Source: Parasitella parasitica NRRL 2501
Lineage: Eukaryota > Fungi > Mucoromycota
Direction of reading: 5' to 3'
NCBI GenBank assembly: GCA_025201805.1
Contig: MU619239.1
Location: 403,000 to 466,999, forward strand
Length of the DNA: 64,000 nucleotides
Within the stretch, counting starts at the first letter, position 1. Each line of letters opens with the position of its first letter. The position numbers and the translations under genes are program-made. This document shows positions 51,397-64,000 of this stretch, piece after piece. The notes below the pieces were generated by a model. It was not told where the DNA came from. It did no database searches and worked only from the letters and a program-made list of their open reading frames with translations.

Positions 51397-52861
51397 TCGT
51401 CTATCGAGCAAGTATTAATAAACGCTTTCTTTTTGTTGAGTGGTTTGTATACTTTCCTCAATTTCTATTCTCTTGCGGAATCCCAAGGCAGTGATTTTCC
51501 ATCAACCCACATTAACTATATATCACTTGATATACGTTGATGTGCGTTGATTAAGAGACACATTGATGAGTGGTATAATACCCAAACGAAAAATAGCCTG
51601 CTGAAAGTCTTTTGTCTATCCAAGAATTTCATCGTAACTTTGTCATCCGGCCAATGTTCCAACACAAACTTCAAATTGTAGATTCTTTTTCGTAATCTGC
51701 TAAAGATAGTTGGCTGCTATCGTTAAATCCTTGATATAGCATTTAATAAACTTGTCTCAAAAAATGAGAGTGAATATCAACGTGTGGAAACGCAACATAG
51801 GCTGATGTTACCCCAGAAAATATGAATTCATTGTCATGTTGCTTAGCGCTGTAACATCGGCATCAGACCATAGGCGTCTGGATTTTTTAATAGTTTCTAT
51901 CTTTGCAATCATTATCAGCAGTTACATGAGATGTGAAAGTTCATCCATTACCTTCACTGTTCAAATGCCCATTTTCAGCCTCATATCAAGCACATGAAGT
52001 CGTCCCCATCTGGCCTTGTTAGCCCTCATGAAAAATGCAGATTTAAAAAAAAAATTGCTCTTTCATCCCAGTAACAACAATTTAATACATTACAATGTAG
52101 AGCCAAATTAAAGACATATAAAATTCACATTGAATGGTACTCTGGAATATTACCTTTCAGAATGAAACCGATTATTTCAAGGCAAAAGACGTTTTTTTTA
52201 ATTAAAGATTTCTATCAAGATATAATGCAATAGAAACCATTGCATATTATACCCATTCAGAGAGAGAATTTACTACTGTATATTTGGGTATTTTTTTCAT
52301 TTGTACTCTTGAAGGCATACTGCTTTCAAATACTAAAAAAAAAAAAAAAAGGTCAACATGCATCCCGCTTTTGTCCAAAACGGAGAAATTAAACCGCAAC
52401 AACAACAGCAGCACTACATCTGCCAACATGATGATGGTTGCCAAGTTCGGGCTGAAAGTCATTTAGACTGAAAATGCAGTGTCTTTGTAGCCCTTCATCA
52501 GATGTTCAACGTTTGATGGGAGAAGCCTCAATCACAGCTCTCAAGTTGGAGGACAAGAATCGATCTATTTATCGCATTTTTCCGTATTCGTTCCAAACCG
52601 ACACTATTATATCTACCTACCTGATATCTGCGAGTGTTCCGTCATGACTTTTATATGTTGGATCAATAGGTACTGTAACATTGGAACCATACCTTACCGG
52701 TAGGTTCCAAGTGGTGACTGTACAAGTGACCGGTCGAAGCAATGGCATCCAACATTTCAAAGGGAAGGGGCCTGTCTAAAAAAAAAAAAAAAAAATACGA
52801 GTGGAGATATGAATTGCCACAAGTGATATTCCTTCTTCCTAACAACACAGTTTTTGCTCAA

Positions 52862-53965
52862 ATGTTTCGTTTAGGACGAGTCTTTCAGCAGGCCGGCAGT
52901 AAGGCGCCTACTGTGCTTGGTCGAAAATTATACCAAACCCCACCCAGCATGACTTCACTGATCTCTCGTTTCAGCCAAATGCGCACTTATTCTAGCAGCA
53001 AACCCCCTGTGGAAAGCCCTAGTTTTCTGACAGGTTTCAATACGCAAGGCAATGCTATGGGCAGCATCAAATCCTCAGCCTCACCTTCGAGCCAATTCAA
53101 AACGAAAAAGCCTACTACGCCTGGTAAGCGTTGGTTGAAGCGTGTACCTCGTGATCATCTCTACAAGGGTAAAGCTGTACGCAAGCTGACTATCGCCAAA
53201 CGCAGCTCAGGCGGACGCAACAACACAGGCCGCATCACGATTCGCCATCGTGGTGGAGGACACAAAAGACGTGTCCGTGTAGTGGACTGGCATCGTCAAG
53301 AATCAGGCACACAAACTGTCATGCGTCTTGAGCATGACCCTGGACGCACTGCATGGATCGCCTTATTAAAGAACGACACTACTGGAAAGCTTAGCTATAT
53401 CATTGCTCCTCATGGCATCAAACCTGGCGATAAAGTTAGATCGTATAGAGACCAACAGCAAAAAGAGCAGCAGCATTCTGATGAACCTGTGATTACTCGT
53501 ACAGTAGCCGTAGATGCTGGCAATTGCATGCCTTTAAAGATGGTCCCTGTTGGCACAATCTTGCACAACATCGGGTTGAAGCGTAATGGACCTGCAGTCA
53601 TGGTAAGAGCGGCTGGCGCTTACGCCCAGTTGATTCAAACGGGAGAAACTGGCTATGCACAAGTGCGTCTATCCAGTGGTGAAGTTCGTTTAGTCCCTGT
53701 TGATGCTTGTGCCACGATCGGTGCTGTCAGTAACCCTGATCATCAGCATGAAATGCTCGGTAAGGCTGGTAGATCAAGATGGCTTGGTATTCGCCCTACT
53801 GTCCGTGGTATGGCTATGAATGCTTGTGATCATCCTCACGGTGGCGGTAGAGGTAAATCAAAGGGTAACAAAGACCCTAGATCTCCTTGGGGCGTATTAG
53901 CAAAGGGTGGCAAGACTAGAAAGACACCTAATCAGTTCGTGGTTAAGCCAAGACCAAGACGATAA
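52862..53965 (+). CDS. RML2: Mitochondrial ribosomal protein uL2m
   Basis: KPTTPG, GGRNNTGRITIRHRGGGHKR, EHDPGRTAWIAL and PTVRGMAMNACDHPHGGG. A presequence begins at the ATG at 52862 (MFRLGRVF). Confidence 0.96.
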   Translation: MFRLGRVFQQAGSKAPTVLGRKLYQTPPSMTSLISRFSQMRTYSSSKPPVESPSFLTGFNTQGNAMGSIKSSASPSSQFKTKKPTTPGKRWLKRVPRDHLYKGKAVRKLTIAKRSSGGRNNTGRITIRHRGGGHKRRVRVVDWHRQESGTQTVMRLEHDPGRTAWIALLKNDTTGKLSYIIAPHGIKPGDKVRSYRDQQQKEQQHSDEPVITRTVAVDAGNCMPLKMVPVGTILHNIGLKRNGPAVMVRAAGAYAQLIQTGETGYAQVRLSSGEVRLVPVDACATIGAVSNPDHQHEMLGKAGRSRWLGIRPTVRGMAMNACDHPHGGGRGKSKGNKDPRSPWGVLAKGGKTRKTPNQFVVKPRPRR

Positions 53966-54122
53966 ACACTATCCGCCTTTTTTGTTTTCTTTTTAAGCTG
54001 CCAAGTATATAGATTCAAGAATCCTCTCGCCTTTGTATTGTGAATATTTAAAAATTATATTAAAAAAAAAAAAATTATACAAATCAATCTTTTTGCTATC
54101 TCTTGTGCAATCTTTGTGTACT

Positions 54123-55360
54123 ATGACAGGGCTTAAGTGCGAAACCACCACAAGTAGAGAATGTTCTGATTCACAAGAATTCGTTGAAATGCATACATTT
54201 GACAGTGTTGGTGCGAACGATGATATTGAGGCTGAAGAATTTCCGATACTTGAATCTGTTCTGGAGGAATTCTACTTTGACTACTACAGCCAAGAGCAGA
54301 GCTATAATCAGCTAGTGCACTATGGAATTGCTGCAAACCCCTCTACTGATGTCAACTACAGTACTAGCTTTGCTGAAATGGTTTTGGAATCAGTAAAACA
54401 TGCAGATAAAGTCTTCTTGACTGAAGTGGCTACCAACTTTGACGACAATCTACCTTCATTTAATTCCATCATCAATTACGATGCTTGTGCAGCAGAGAAT
54501 CCAGACGAGAGGGAGGAAAATGTAGTTGAAAGAGCTAGACAAAATCATCACCAACTCGACGAAAGCGAAATCCCCTTACAGTTACTCCAAAGCGAACAGG
54601 AAACCGATCCTGCAAACCAAACATTCTCTGGGTTATTCAAAGCAATATCATTCTATTCGCAGCCTTCTCGTGATGAAGCCAGCCGAAACAAACTGCTGCT
54701 TGACGAATCACAGCATGAACGGCTTGATAACAATCAGCTTTTCATGTTTGACAATGATGATAGATCTAAAGATTTTTCTTCGTGGTTCTTGTTTGATAGC
54801 GATGATGAGAGCGAAATTGCCTTGTTTAAAGTAAAGCATGCTATGACATAAAGCCATCCATACGTTAATTTTTTTTAAAGAAAGACATATTAGGCGAGGA
54901 AGATGCTACGCTCAAGTATTTTGCTAGCAAGAAAAAAAAAGTGGTTGGTACTAATAATCAATGCGTTGCACCCGAGTCGAATCAAACCAAAGCAAGTGAT
55001 ACAACCGATTCAAGAGTACAACAAAAGGAGAAACATCATCAAACATACATTGCAAGCAGCTCACAAACATCGGACGAGTGGAAGGACATGAGTGCGAAGG
55101 ATAATGGCTCCAGCAATGAGATGAAACCTCTTTCAATCACAAAAGATGTCTCGTTAGGCAAAGAACTTGACTTTAAAGATGCTATTATCAAGACAAGTAC
55201 ACCTAGTAACAGTAAGCTTGGATCTTTCAATGACACTAAAGCGGTTGGGGAAGAGTCATATCTTCTTGAAGAAGTGCCTTTTAGAGAAACTAGAAGCTCA
55301 AAATACTTTATTCGTAATAAGCGTAGTATTATTATCAGCAAAGAAGGCCCAGCATCATAA
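54123..55360 (+). CDS. Hypothetical acidic protein (exon structure unresolved)
   Basis: An acidic ORF (54123-54851) is followed by a second ORF ending at 55360. The obvious donor (54831) and acceptor (54893) do not join them in frame. Confidence 0.45.
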
Positions 55361-56564
55361 TATGCAGGTATAGACGAGGCCTATATACTGGAGTTTTTTC
55401 TTTTGAAAAAACATTTGTATATTATATTGCTGACGCACAGCACTTGAAATCACCCCTAATAAATACAGAAACATGATAATGTCGCGTATCAAGATTCTCT
55501 AGACTGAAAATAGTACAAGTAATGAAAGCTTCTGCAATAATTTCTTATGGGGCACTATATACGTATAATATTACATGCAAAAGCAAATTAATTTCACGGA
55601 TAAAACGCAACAGCTTGAGTTTGCCTCCTACAACTATCACTTTGTCCTTGTATCCACCAACTTTCAGTTGCGGAGCAAACCATGAGTCTATAGATAACTT
55701 GAATATACCTTAGTATGGGTCAATAGACACAACGATAATATAGAATATGTGTTTAAGAAATCATTCTATATAGATTCTTATTTTCGTTGAGACAAGTAAT
55801 GTTCCAGTGAAGCACTGCCAGTCTGCAATAAACAGTCAATCTCTTTCTTAAATTCTGCACTCTTTCAGGGCGATCCTCAAAAGCGGATATAAGTGTGAGG
55901 CATACTATATCCTGAGTAATGCTTTCAAGCATGCTTTCCAGATAGACATATACGTATATCTCATTTAGCATATCTTCCTTAAATCGACAGAGGGCACTTG
56001 GCAATCGCTGGTTGTCTATTCTATTTATACACGCCTGCAACTGAAAATGACCCTGAATTAACTCTTTTCGATCTTCTCAACGATAAGTCTGGTTGATGAT
56101 TGTGATTTTATGATTGACATGAGATAACTCACACGCTGACTAAAAGTATAGATCATGATTTGCACCGGAGATCATATTATTTATATAAGTGTTTATTTTG
56201 AGCTTTAAGGAGTGGGGGGGGCACACTTACACATCATTTATCAAAGTTCCTTGAGCAGTATCTAAAATCACGTTTAATTGTTTAATATTCGACGATGTAC
56301 ATATATGTGTATCTATTTCTGTCAGTAATTAACGATTAGTTCACACTGATATCTCTATATGCTTTCAAAGAGATTGTATTGTATACAGGAAAAGCAACGT
56401 TAAATGAGAGAGGAGTCTAAAGCGTAATTTACAACGTATTTAGACCAAAAATACTTGAATTCTAGACTTTGAATCTATTTCATTATAAAAAGAAAATTTT
56501 CTCTGATTCCGCACTTCTTCCTTTCCTCTTTCATCTCTTTTAATAACTTTATAATAATACCAAT

Positions 56565-57016
56565 ATGATGCTCAGTAAATTAACCATGTCAACAACATCC
56601 ATAAGCTTGAACCTAAGCAATTATAAACGGAAAAGGCCGTCCAGCTTTGTTTCCAACATTGGGCCATTATTGCAACGCATCAAAAGGTCATTCAATCCCA
56701 ATATTAATTCATCAACTGCACGACGATCAAATACAGTGCATTGCTGCTTGAATGATTACCAAGAAACGTCAGAGAAATGTGCATTGAGTGCATCCCTAAT
56801 TGAAGAGCGAGGTAAGAATGCTCCTTAGCCATACCTACATGGTCAACCTGACAAGTTTGTCTAGATGAAGATGACAGATTGAGCTGGTCTCAAGAAACCT
56901 TCATATGCGCTGCAAGATCTGACTCGGAACCCAGTAAAATTTACGCTAAACATGTCGAAAATTGGTGGTCAACAACACCTTCAATCCACTCATCGTCCAC
57001 TAATGCCGTTTTGTAA
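56565..57016 (+). CDS. Small hypothetical protein, 2 exons
   Basis: ATG downstream of a TATAAAA box and pyrimidine tract; intron 56812-56864 (GTAAGA...CTAG) joins in frame to TAA at 57014-57016. Confidence 0.55.
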
Positions 57017-57142
57017 ATATCAATTCATTTCATCATTTTTGTTACACAATTCAATCTAAAGGTCAATGATATCATTTTTTGGTTGTAAATATTAGTTTAT
57101 TATGATATATGTACAATTTGGTATATAGTTATTCTCTCGCTT

Positions 57143-58331
57143 TTAAATGGAAGTTAATAAACCTGTGTGTTCATCAGGTTCACTGTGTGTCTGCTGATCT
57201 GATTTTCTATAAATCAACTTCATTCTAGTCCACCATGTTGCCCCGCATATGCCATCTTCCTCGTCTAACGAATTTGTCTTTAAAAATGGCTGTGAATAAT
57301 CAGATGGCGTAATGCTCAAAGTCGAATTCGAATCACTCGAGTTGGTAGCACAAGCTGATGGCTGCAACGAGATCACCAAAACACCATACACTAACAATGC
57401 AATACCGAAAAGGACGGCCATAACTTGCCAGTAAAATAGCCTCTCCCACTGATTGTAATAAACCAAACCATTGAATAGACAGGAAACGTTGAAGGAGCAA
57501 AAATTGAGTGGAACCAGAATAATCGTATCACAGAGTTGAACACCACGATTTAAATAATACAACTACAGCAAAGGTTTTTGTTACAATCTGCAGCAAAATA
57601 AGCACTTGCCAAATCACAATATATACCTGGAGTACGGCCGAAAACACCAGTGCGAATACAATGACCCACGTGAGAGGATAGATGAATTGATTGTCATGGT
57701 GAAATACTGTCAAAATAAGCAACTCCAGCCCGCTTTTGGCAAACAGCATGGCCTGGCTACTGATGTTTGCTCCGAAGATGCCATAACTGATCCCCAACCA
57801 CATCTTCAAATCGGGATGTGTCCAGTGATTCGGTCTCACCTTCATCAGATACTCGACCACATGAGTCGAAATTAAGCCAACACAAGTGAACATTTCGACT
57901 AGCGAAAAGTAGACGATGAACGCAGGCCGTTTATACAGAGCAATCAGGTCTTTGAGTGTGTGCTGGGGCTCGGGCACAGTGCCAAACCCAGCGACGAGGG
58001 CAGCGCCCAAGACAATCAATCCTGTGCCCACAACAGTCCTCTTTGTAAATGGATCGCCCAAGATCCATTTAGCAAAAAGAGCGTTGAATACCAGGCCAAT
58101 GGCGCCGATGGGAGCCAATATTATAATAGGTAAATATCCTATTGTGCATGTAGATCCTATTAAATTTGATATTGTGTAAACCAAAAATCCAGATACCCAC
58201 ATAGGTCGTTTGTAGAGTGGTATAGTCGAGTCAATTATGAGATGCGACTTCCTTTGCAGAGAAATCCCGAATGCTTGTGTCATGCTTGCTACCAGAGCAA
58301 TTGATAGTGGCCTCCAGATCTCTTCTTTCAT
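57143..58331 (-). CDS. NIPA-family magnesium transporter-like protein
   Basis: G.SLQRKSH, PLYKRPMW..GF, LPIIILAPIGAIGLVFNA, AKSGLELL and LQ|LYYLNRG...LVPLNFC.FN....NGLVYY.QW; one intron. Confidence 0.9.
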
Positions 58332-58678
58332 GATATATTCTAACGACTGGCTGGATAAAGGAAAGAGGGAAGAAGAAAAAGTAGAAAAAGTAGAGAAAGG
58401 GAAAAAGGTATCGAGTCTAAATTTAGCCCCCCAAAACAGCCTTTTTATTCTTTGTGTGCCTTGTAATTAATAAACCACAATTTCTTTTTTGGCATTTTCA
58501 CTCACTGCGCATGTTTATTGTATACTATATAATCTCCTAGCAAAACATGTCATCTATTATTTTTACTCCTTTTTACAATATATTATCACATGTAGGAAAA
58601 ATAAAAGAGGGGCCTGGACTTGATTGCAATAAGATATCTAACGTGCGATGTATTAAACCAATTAAAAGGCAACGCTTA

Positions 58679-59438
58679 TTATTGCCAGTACGGCTGTCTT
58701 GGCTGCTGTTGCTGGTAGAATGGCTGTGGTTGCTGATGCACTGGTGGTGGAGGTATTTGAGTGCTGCTGCTACTGCTGCTGTACGCCATTTCATTGTTGT
58801 TCTGTTGCTGCTGATAATAGTCTTCATAGGCACTATAATCATACTTGTTCACGGGTATAGCAGCATTATATACTGATTTATTTACATAGGGCTGTGTGTA
58901 AGGCTGTTGCGGAGGCTGTTGAGGTTGCTGCTGTTGTTGGTAGTGTACCGAGTAGTAGCCATAGCTCTGTGGTGGTTGAGGAGGAGGAGGTAGTGGCGCA
59001 TAGGGATGATGATGTGGTGGGGGTGGATGAGCATATTGATGTGCTGGTGGGTGTGGTGGTGGTGTGTGATTCATCATTTCCATTGGTGGGTGCGGTGGTG
59101 GTGTGTTGTACTTGTCACGAGCAAACAGAGGCACATTCGCATTACCGTTGATGACAGGTGATTGACCATAGAAAGAAGTGTCATAATAACTCTATTATAG
59201 AAAGTGTCAGTCCTGTACTTTGCGTCTGAACATGTTGGCTGCACATACCATTCTTTGCGGATCAGCACTGTAGTAATCGGTTGGTAAACCGCCTGTATAT
59301 CCCGCGACCGAATTATGCACGTTCGGCATATATGCTGTATAAGGGTTCATTGTGTATGGTTCATTGTATACATGCTGAATAGGCTGAGGCTGAACTAGTT
59401 GCTGTTGTTGCTGTTGTTGTTGCTGTTGTTGTTGTTGC

Positions 59439-59534
<96 letters not shown>

Positions 59535-60847
59535 GGCTGAACATAGTGTTGTTGTTGAGGATGGAATGGTTGTGGAAGAGGTTTATTTGTATTGTGAAAA
59601 GATGCCAAGCCGTTCGATACTGCTACTGCTGTTGTGTGGTTTGCTTTGGTATGTTCAGAAACATCTGTTGCTGTTGGCGCTTTAGGCCGTGGCGATGGAG
59701 TTGCATCCACTTTGATTTCTGCAGCAACAGCAGCATCTTGCAGTTGTTCTTGCTTGGCAACATTTACTGTGATGGCTGTTTCCTCGACCGCTTCCTCATT
59801 CTCATCTCTAATGATCTCTTCTCCATTGATCAAAGTCAAGCTGCCAAACTGCACGTTGATCGATGACAGAGACGTAGCTTGTTGGTTGTGTGGTAATACG
59901 ACGGGCTCTGTTTGATTTAATCGTCTGATTATCGTTGGCTTCCGGATATTTGCAGCAGTGGTAGCAACTGGAGTTGCAATGATTACTGGCTCAACAGTTG
60001 GCTCTGATTCCACAGCTTCAGCTGCTGGAGTCTCTGGCTCACCAAATGTCGGCTGGTCCTCTACTATTTGCTCGCTCACTTGATCTACAGCTTGGTCTGC
60101 TGTCTTTGGTTGCTCGACTTGATCTACTACTACTTCATCGACGGCTACGCTATCCGGCTTAGCCTCGTCCTCCTCGTTTGTCGAAACAGGCTGTGCGTCA
60201 GGTTGCGAATCTTCAATACTGTAAGTAACCACCTCCGGTTTCGTCGGCCCTTTTGCAATGCTCGCCCATGAAGGCTTTTGATCTTCTTCTTTTTCGGCAG
60301 CTGTCTTTTGGGCTTTGTCTTTTTTATGTCTTCTTGATTTGTCTAGAGATGCGCACAAAGAATGAGTTGTCTGCGTTTTTCAATGGTATTATACAACATA
60401 CGATTTCTGGACTTGCCGTTATTACCACGTGTTGCTACTATTGCATCTATTATCTTTTGTTGGTTTCTTGACCCTTTTGTCTAGCATTTCCTTCTTACCT
60501 TTCCCCTGTGCTACAGCGTCATTTGCTGGTGTATGTGCTGCTGCTGCTGCTGCCGTGGCCGTAGGCGCTGCTTTATGATTAGATCTCTTGTGATTCGATT
60601 GCGTTGTCGGCTTGGGCTTGGGTTTTTTGGACTTGACTTGGCCCCATTGACTCGCATGGCCCTCTGAGATACGTGTGATGGCAATATCCAAGTCGCCTTG
60701 ACATTCATCCATAGCAAACAAAAGGTCATTGTGGCTCCACTCTGGAAACAGTTCAGTTAAGGAAGGCAATGCTTGTCTGTATTGCGCTCGCAGTGATTTA
60801 ATGTCGTTTGAATTATTTCGCTGCCTCGCGCCTGAGTTGGGTGGCAT
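58679..60847 (-). CDS. Def1-like CUE/UBA-domain protein with Q/P/Y-rich C-terminus, 3 exons
   Basis: LTELFPEWSHNDLLFAMDECQGDLDIAITRISEGHASQWGQVK is a Def1-type CUE domain; also SWASIAK, PVVLP and VQFGSL motifs. Introns at 60498-60343 and about 59248-59192. Confidence 0.85.
59399..59533 (-). repeat. (CAA/CAG)45 polyglutamine microsatellite in the Def1-like gene
   Basis: 135 nt, mostly pure CAA on the coding strand. Confidence 0.95.
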
Positions 60848-62950
60848 TTGTTGTGATTTTTTGTAGTATATGAAAGAAAGAGTAGCCACCCTCCTACCTC
60901 CCCCTCCCCCCTTTTTGGATGTTTATTGTAGTCAAACCACACGTAAAACGCGACTTGTTGCGTTTGGATAACCCTGTTAATTCAACCTCAGAGTCCTCAT
61001 ACCTTTGGGTTGCTCCAACATGATCCACTTGAAATACTCAAGGGAGACAAGCGGTAGTTCGATGGGTATAGGTTAGCTTCATGCATTTTTTACTCTGGTA
61101 AAAATAACTAACAAACAATACTTACTACTAGCTTTGTGCTGTTGGATTTAGAATACAAACGGTAAGAATGAAGTAAGACTTTCTACAATTGCACAGCAGT
61201 TGCCTATGTCTGTGCATCAACGAGGGAGACTCAGTAAGGCAAAAGCATTACTAAACTGCAGCTAAAACGTAGCAGCATAGCACTGTGATTTTAAATATTT
61301 AATGCTTAGTCAGTATTGCCTCAAAACTGCAGCAGACAATTGATCTATGCGTTTTCATGTATTGAATACCACATTTGTCTATGGTTTTGATTGAACGGGT
61401 GGTTTCAATTTTCAGTATGATTTTTCTTTGCGTGGTAACCCACCATGTAAACAGCTTATAGTAGTTATTTCCTTTACAGACACTGTTATCCACGATTGCA
61501 GCAATAGCTACTGCGGCGACCTTTTTCATTTGTAGCCCTCTTCACCGTAAGGTAAGTTCAAGCCATCAAAAATTCTCACAAGATTGAGTATTTTCAATCA
61601 CAAGCAAACCTTGCAAGAAGCTGTCAAGATACTATGAGATCTTTGAATTTTAATAGTGATGAACAAATAAGAAATAAAATTAATATTGATTAGATCCTCC
61701 TTAAGGTTAATGAGAAATACTTTGGCATGTTTGTTTTAGTATGATATTTTTATCTGTTTAATGCAATATGTAAATCTTATGCTAGCATGAAAAAAAAAAG
61801 CTTTTCTTTTTATAAAAGAAAGAATAGTAAACAAAAAGCTCAACTATTTATTAGCCAATATTGACGAGCATTTCGTTAAGATGTTTATTTGTGTGTAATA
61901 GTCCAAATAGAGATGAATCTGTTAACAGTTCAGTATTTTTGGTACAAGTTGCTGTTCTTTGAAGGGTGATTCATTACTTGATTTATTTCTTCATGTTGAA
62001 GGTCGTGAAAAAGATAGAACATATTGCTTTGTTAGTCGGTGCTACTTGTAGATTGACTTGCCAGCCAATTAATATGGATGCATATTAACTTTGCAAGTTC
62101 AACTTGATCGAATAGATACGTTAAAATGATCATGAAAAAAAAAAATAGGTTAAATTCCATCATCCTTGCACGAACAATTGGCAAGAATAGTGGCAATTTT
62201 ATAGTGTCAGTCATCCATTTGCAACTGGGGATGCCTTCTTTATTGTACTGTTCAAAGTGTGAACGAATTTGTTAAGCTCTTTGTTACACACTCACGTGGA
62301 AAAAAGGGAAGCTGGAGGGCACAGTAAAAGTTTGTTTGTATGTGTTGTTGTTTCTGTGTTGTTGTTATTTGCACTACCATTACTGGCAGATGCAGTAATG
62401 TTAGTGCAGCGGCACCAAGTAGAAACATGATTTAAAGTAGTTTGAATGGTATCGCAGCTCTATCCTCAAAATTAGTCCTGTTTATCAATAAATTGCACAT
62501 CTTACTTACATACTGTGCAACAGTTCCATCTTTATATTTAGCCGGCTTCAAGAACAAGGGGGACAAAGATCAACATAAAGTGCAATTTTGTTTATTATAA
62601 TAGCGAAAGAAGGTAGCCGCATCTTGTTTGTCTTTGAATTTCGGAAGACAAAAGCTAAAATAAAAATTATAAATGAATATGCTTGAATGATATTGAGACA
62701 GCACTTACCCAACCACTTTTTGAGTTTTTATAACACTAATAGGCTTTACGAAGGAGCACTTCATAATTTCCAGAATGTCGTTATCTGTTTTTCCCTTGAT
62801 TGTCTTCCCTCCAAGAAAAACATACAACTCAACATCTAAATGGGGTTTGTACGGTTTGTACAATTTAGTTAGTACATTGTAAAGGATTTAGCTAAACATG
62901 TATACCTTTCAATTGATTGTTATTTTCTAATTCTTCCTTTTTTTAGGGAA

Positions 62951-64000
62951 TTAGCTGACCTGCTCGCTTCGCTCACGACGGCCATCGTCGCCCTACCGGG
63001 AGCTCAGATATTGAATGCTCTTTTATTGTAACTTAAAACATATTGTTAGACAGAAATAAATATATAGATGTAGTAAGGCATAATAGAAAAAAAAATTCAA
63101 AAATCAGTAGAGTTATTTAAATACTCCATGGATTACAATATTATCGGTGTATGATCCAGTATAGTTTTTGGTAGTTGAGACATTTCTATGCAGAAGAATT
63201 TGATTGAAGGTAGCTGCTTAATGCTCGAGAAAGCAACATATAACTGGCCATGTGAGAAGAAAGAAAGTCGAGTGACCTTGGGCCTTGATGGTCATGGTGA
63301 ATACCGGTCTAACAGAAAATTAGCAATCAACTCAGGACAGCAAAAAGAGAAATAGGGGTTTGCACTGGTGCCTCCATTTTTCTCTATGCCCACATGCGTG
63401 CTTGACAATGGTGACAGATGCTGTTCCTTCCACCAAGGTCATGGCGTTCGGTGAAAGAGGGTGTAATTCTTTTAGCCATGTTATGAGTATTGTTGTGTAT
63501 TGATTTGGCACATAATCTACTGGTAGATCGCAAATGACTTTCTTGTCCACAGCTTGAACAAACACGTCTGCTGGTTGTTGCGCCATTAACGCTGATTGTT
63601 TCTGTTTGCTGATCTACTTTCATAGTTTCAGATTGAGATCCCACTTTATACAAAGAGTTTGATTATGATTGTAAAGTGAAAACAAATTTGAGTCATACGA
63701 ATAGCAATGTTGTTAGCGCAATGACGATAAGAAGATCGATGATGGCCTATGACACCACAGCTTCCGCAAGTGTTAGTATTAGCACGGGTGTTATTGAGGC
63801 AAAGCCTGCTTGCAGAACGCGAACGGCCTTCTTGACCACAGCTTGAGCAGATTCTAATAGCTGGCTCTCTGTGTTTGTAGTAATAAAAGTGTCAACATAT
63901 TTGTATTAAATAAAACAGAGTGTGCAGCTTAAAAAGTCGCCTTTGTTGGTTAGACCATGTCCAATTTCGAAAGATTCAAGCTTTTTCGCCCGACTTTCAA
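62951..64000 (-). mobile_element. Non-autonomous, internally deleted Helitron (5' end probably outside the window)
   Basis: On the minus strand: CxxCGxxxHxR zinc knuckles; HDLGGRNSICHHCQARMW (RepHel N-terminal Zn finger); then FSVRPVFTMTI-KAQGHS and FSHGQLYVAFS (Pif1 helicase motifs V/VI); YTDNIVIHGVFK*; a GC-rich subterminal hairpin (CGACG-ATGGC-CGTCG); and terminal CTAA followed by T. Confidence 0.85.

Noticed and set aside
52742-52861. N-terminal 40-aa extension of the RML2 ORF in the track
   Set aside because: Runs through a poly(A) tract; the ATG at 52862 starts a typical mitochondrial presequence.
55753-56160. 95-aa minus-strand ORF
   Set aside because: Non-ATG start with an in-frame TGA just upstream and no recognisable motif; cannot be supported as a gene.
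61000-62900. Short ORFs in the AT-rich interval before the Helitron
   Set aside because: No recognisable motifs or splice-consistent model; possibly old repeat debris but not identifiable by eye.

Overview
Gene-dense, intron-containing eukaryotic DNA. Short GT-AG introns (about 50-150 nt, often with AAG acceptors), AT-rich intergenic DNA with long homopolymers and the gene repertoire all point to an early-diverging fungus, most likely Mucorales (inference). About 20 protein-coding genes are supported: TOP2, mitochondrial Hsp70 (SSC1), a polyQ CHD remodeler, two MFS transporters, an Msp1-like AAA+ ATPase, a FYVE-RING protein, a Reg1-like PP1 regulator, Gvp36, a YML020W-like hydrolase, KRR1, AAR2, PHO8, a J-domain protein, RML2, a NIPA Mg transporter, a Def1-like CUE protein and several hypotheticals. 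Mobile-element debris includes an internally deleted Helitron at the right end, two diverged solo-LTR-like repeats and Tc1/mariner fragments. The most notable observations are: (1) the CHD protein carries motifs of the animal-type CHD6-9/Kismet subfamily rather than yeast Chd1; (2) TOP2 has its charged disordered tail at the N-terminus and almost none at the C-terminus; (3) RFX X-box motifs recur in the non-coding DNA; (4) the Helitron joins three zinc-knuckle repeats directly to the last helicase motifs. No rRNA, tRNA or CRISPR array was seen, and I cannot claim a new multi-gene system from sequence alone. Exon boundaries were derived by hand and motif comparisons are from memory of the families, not from database searches.
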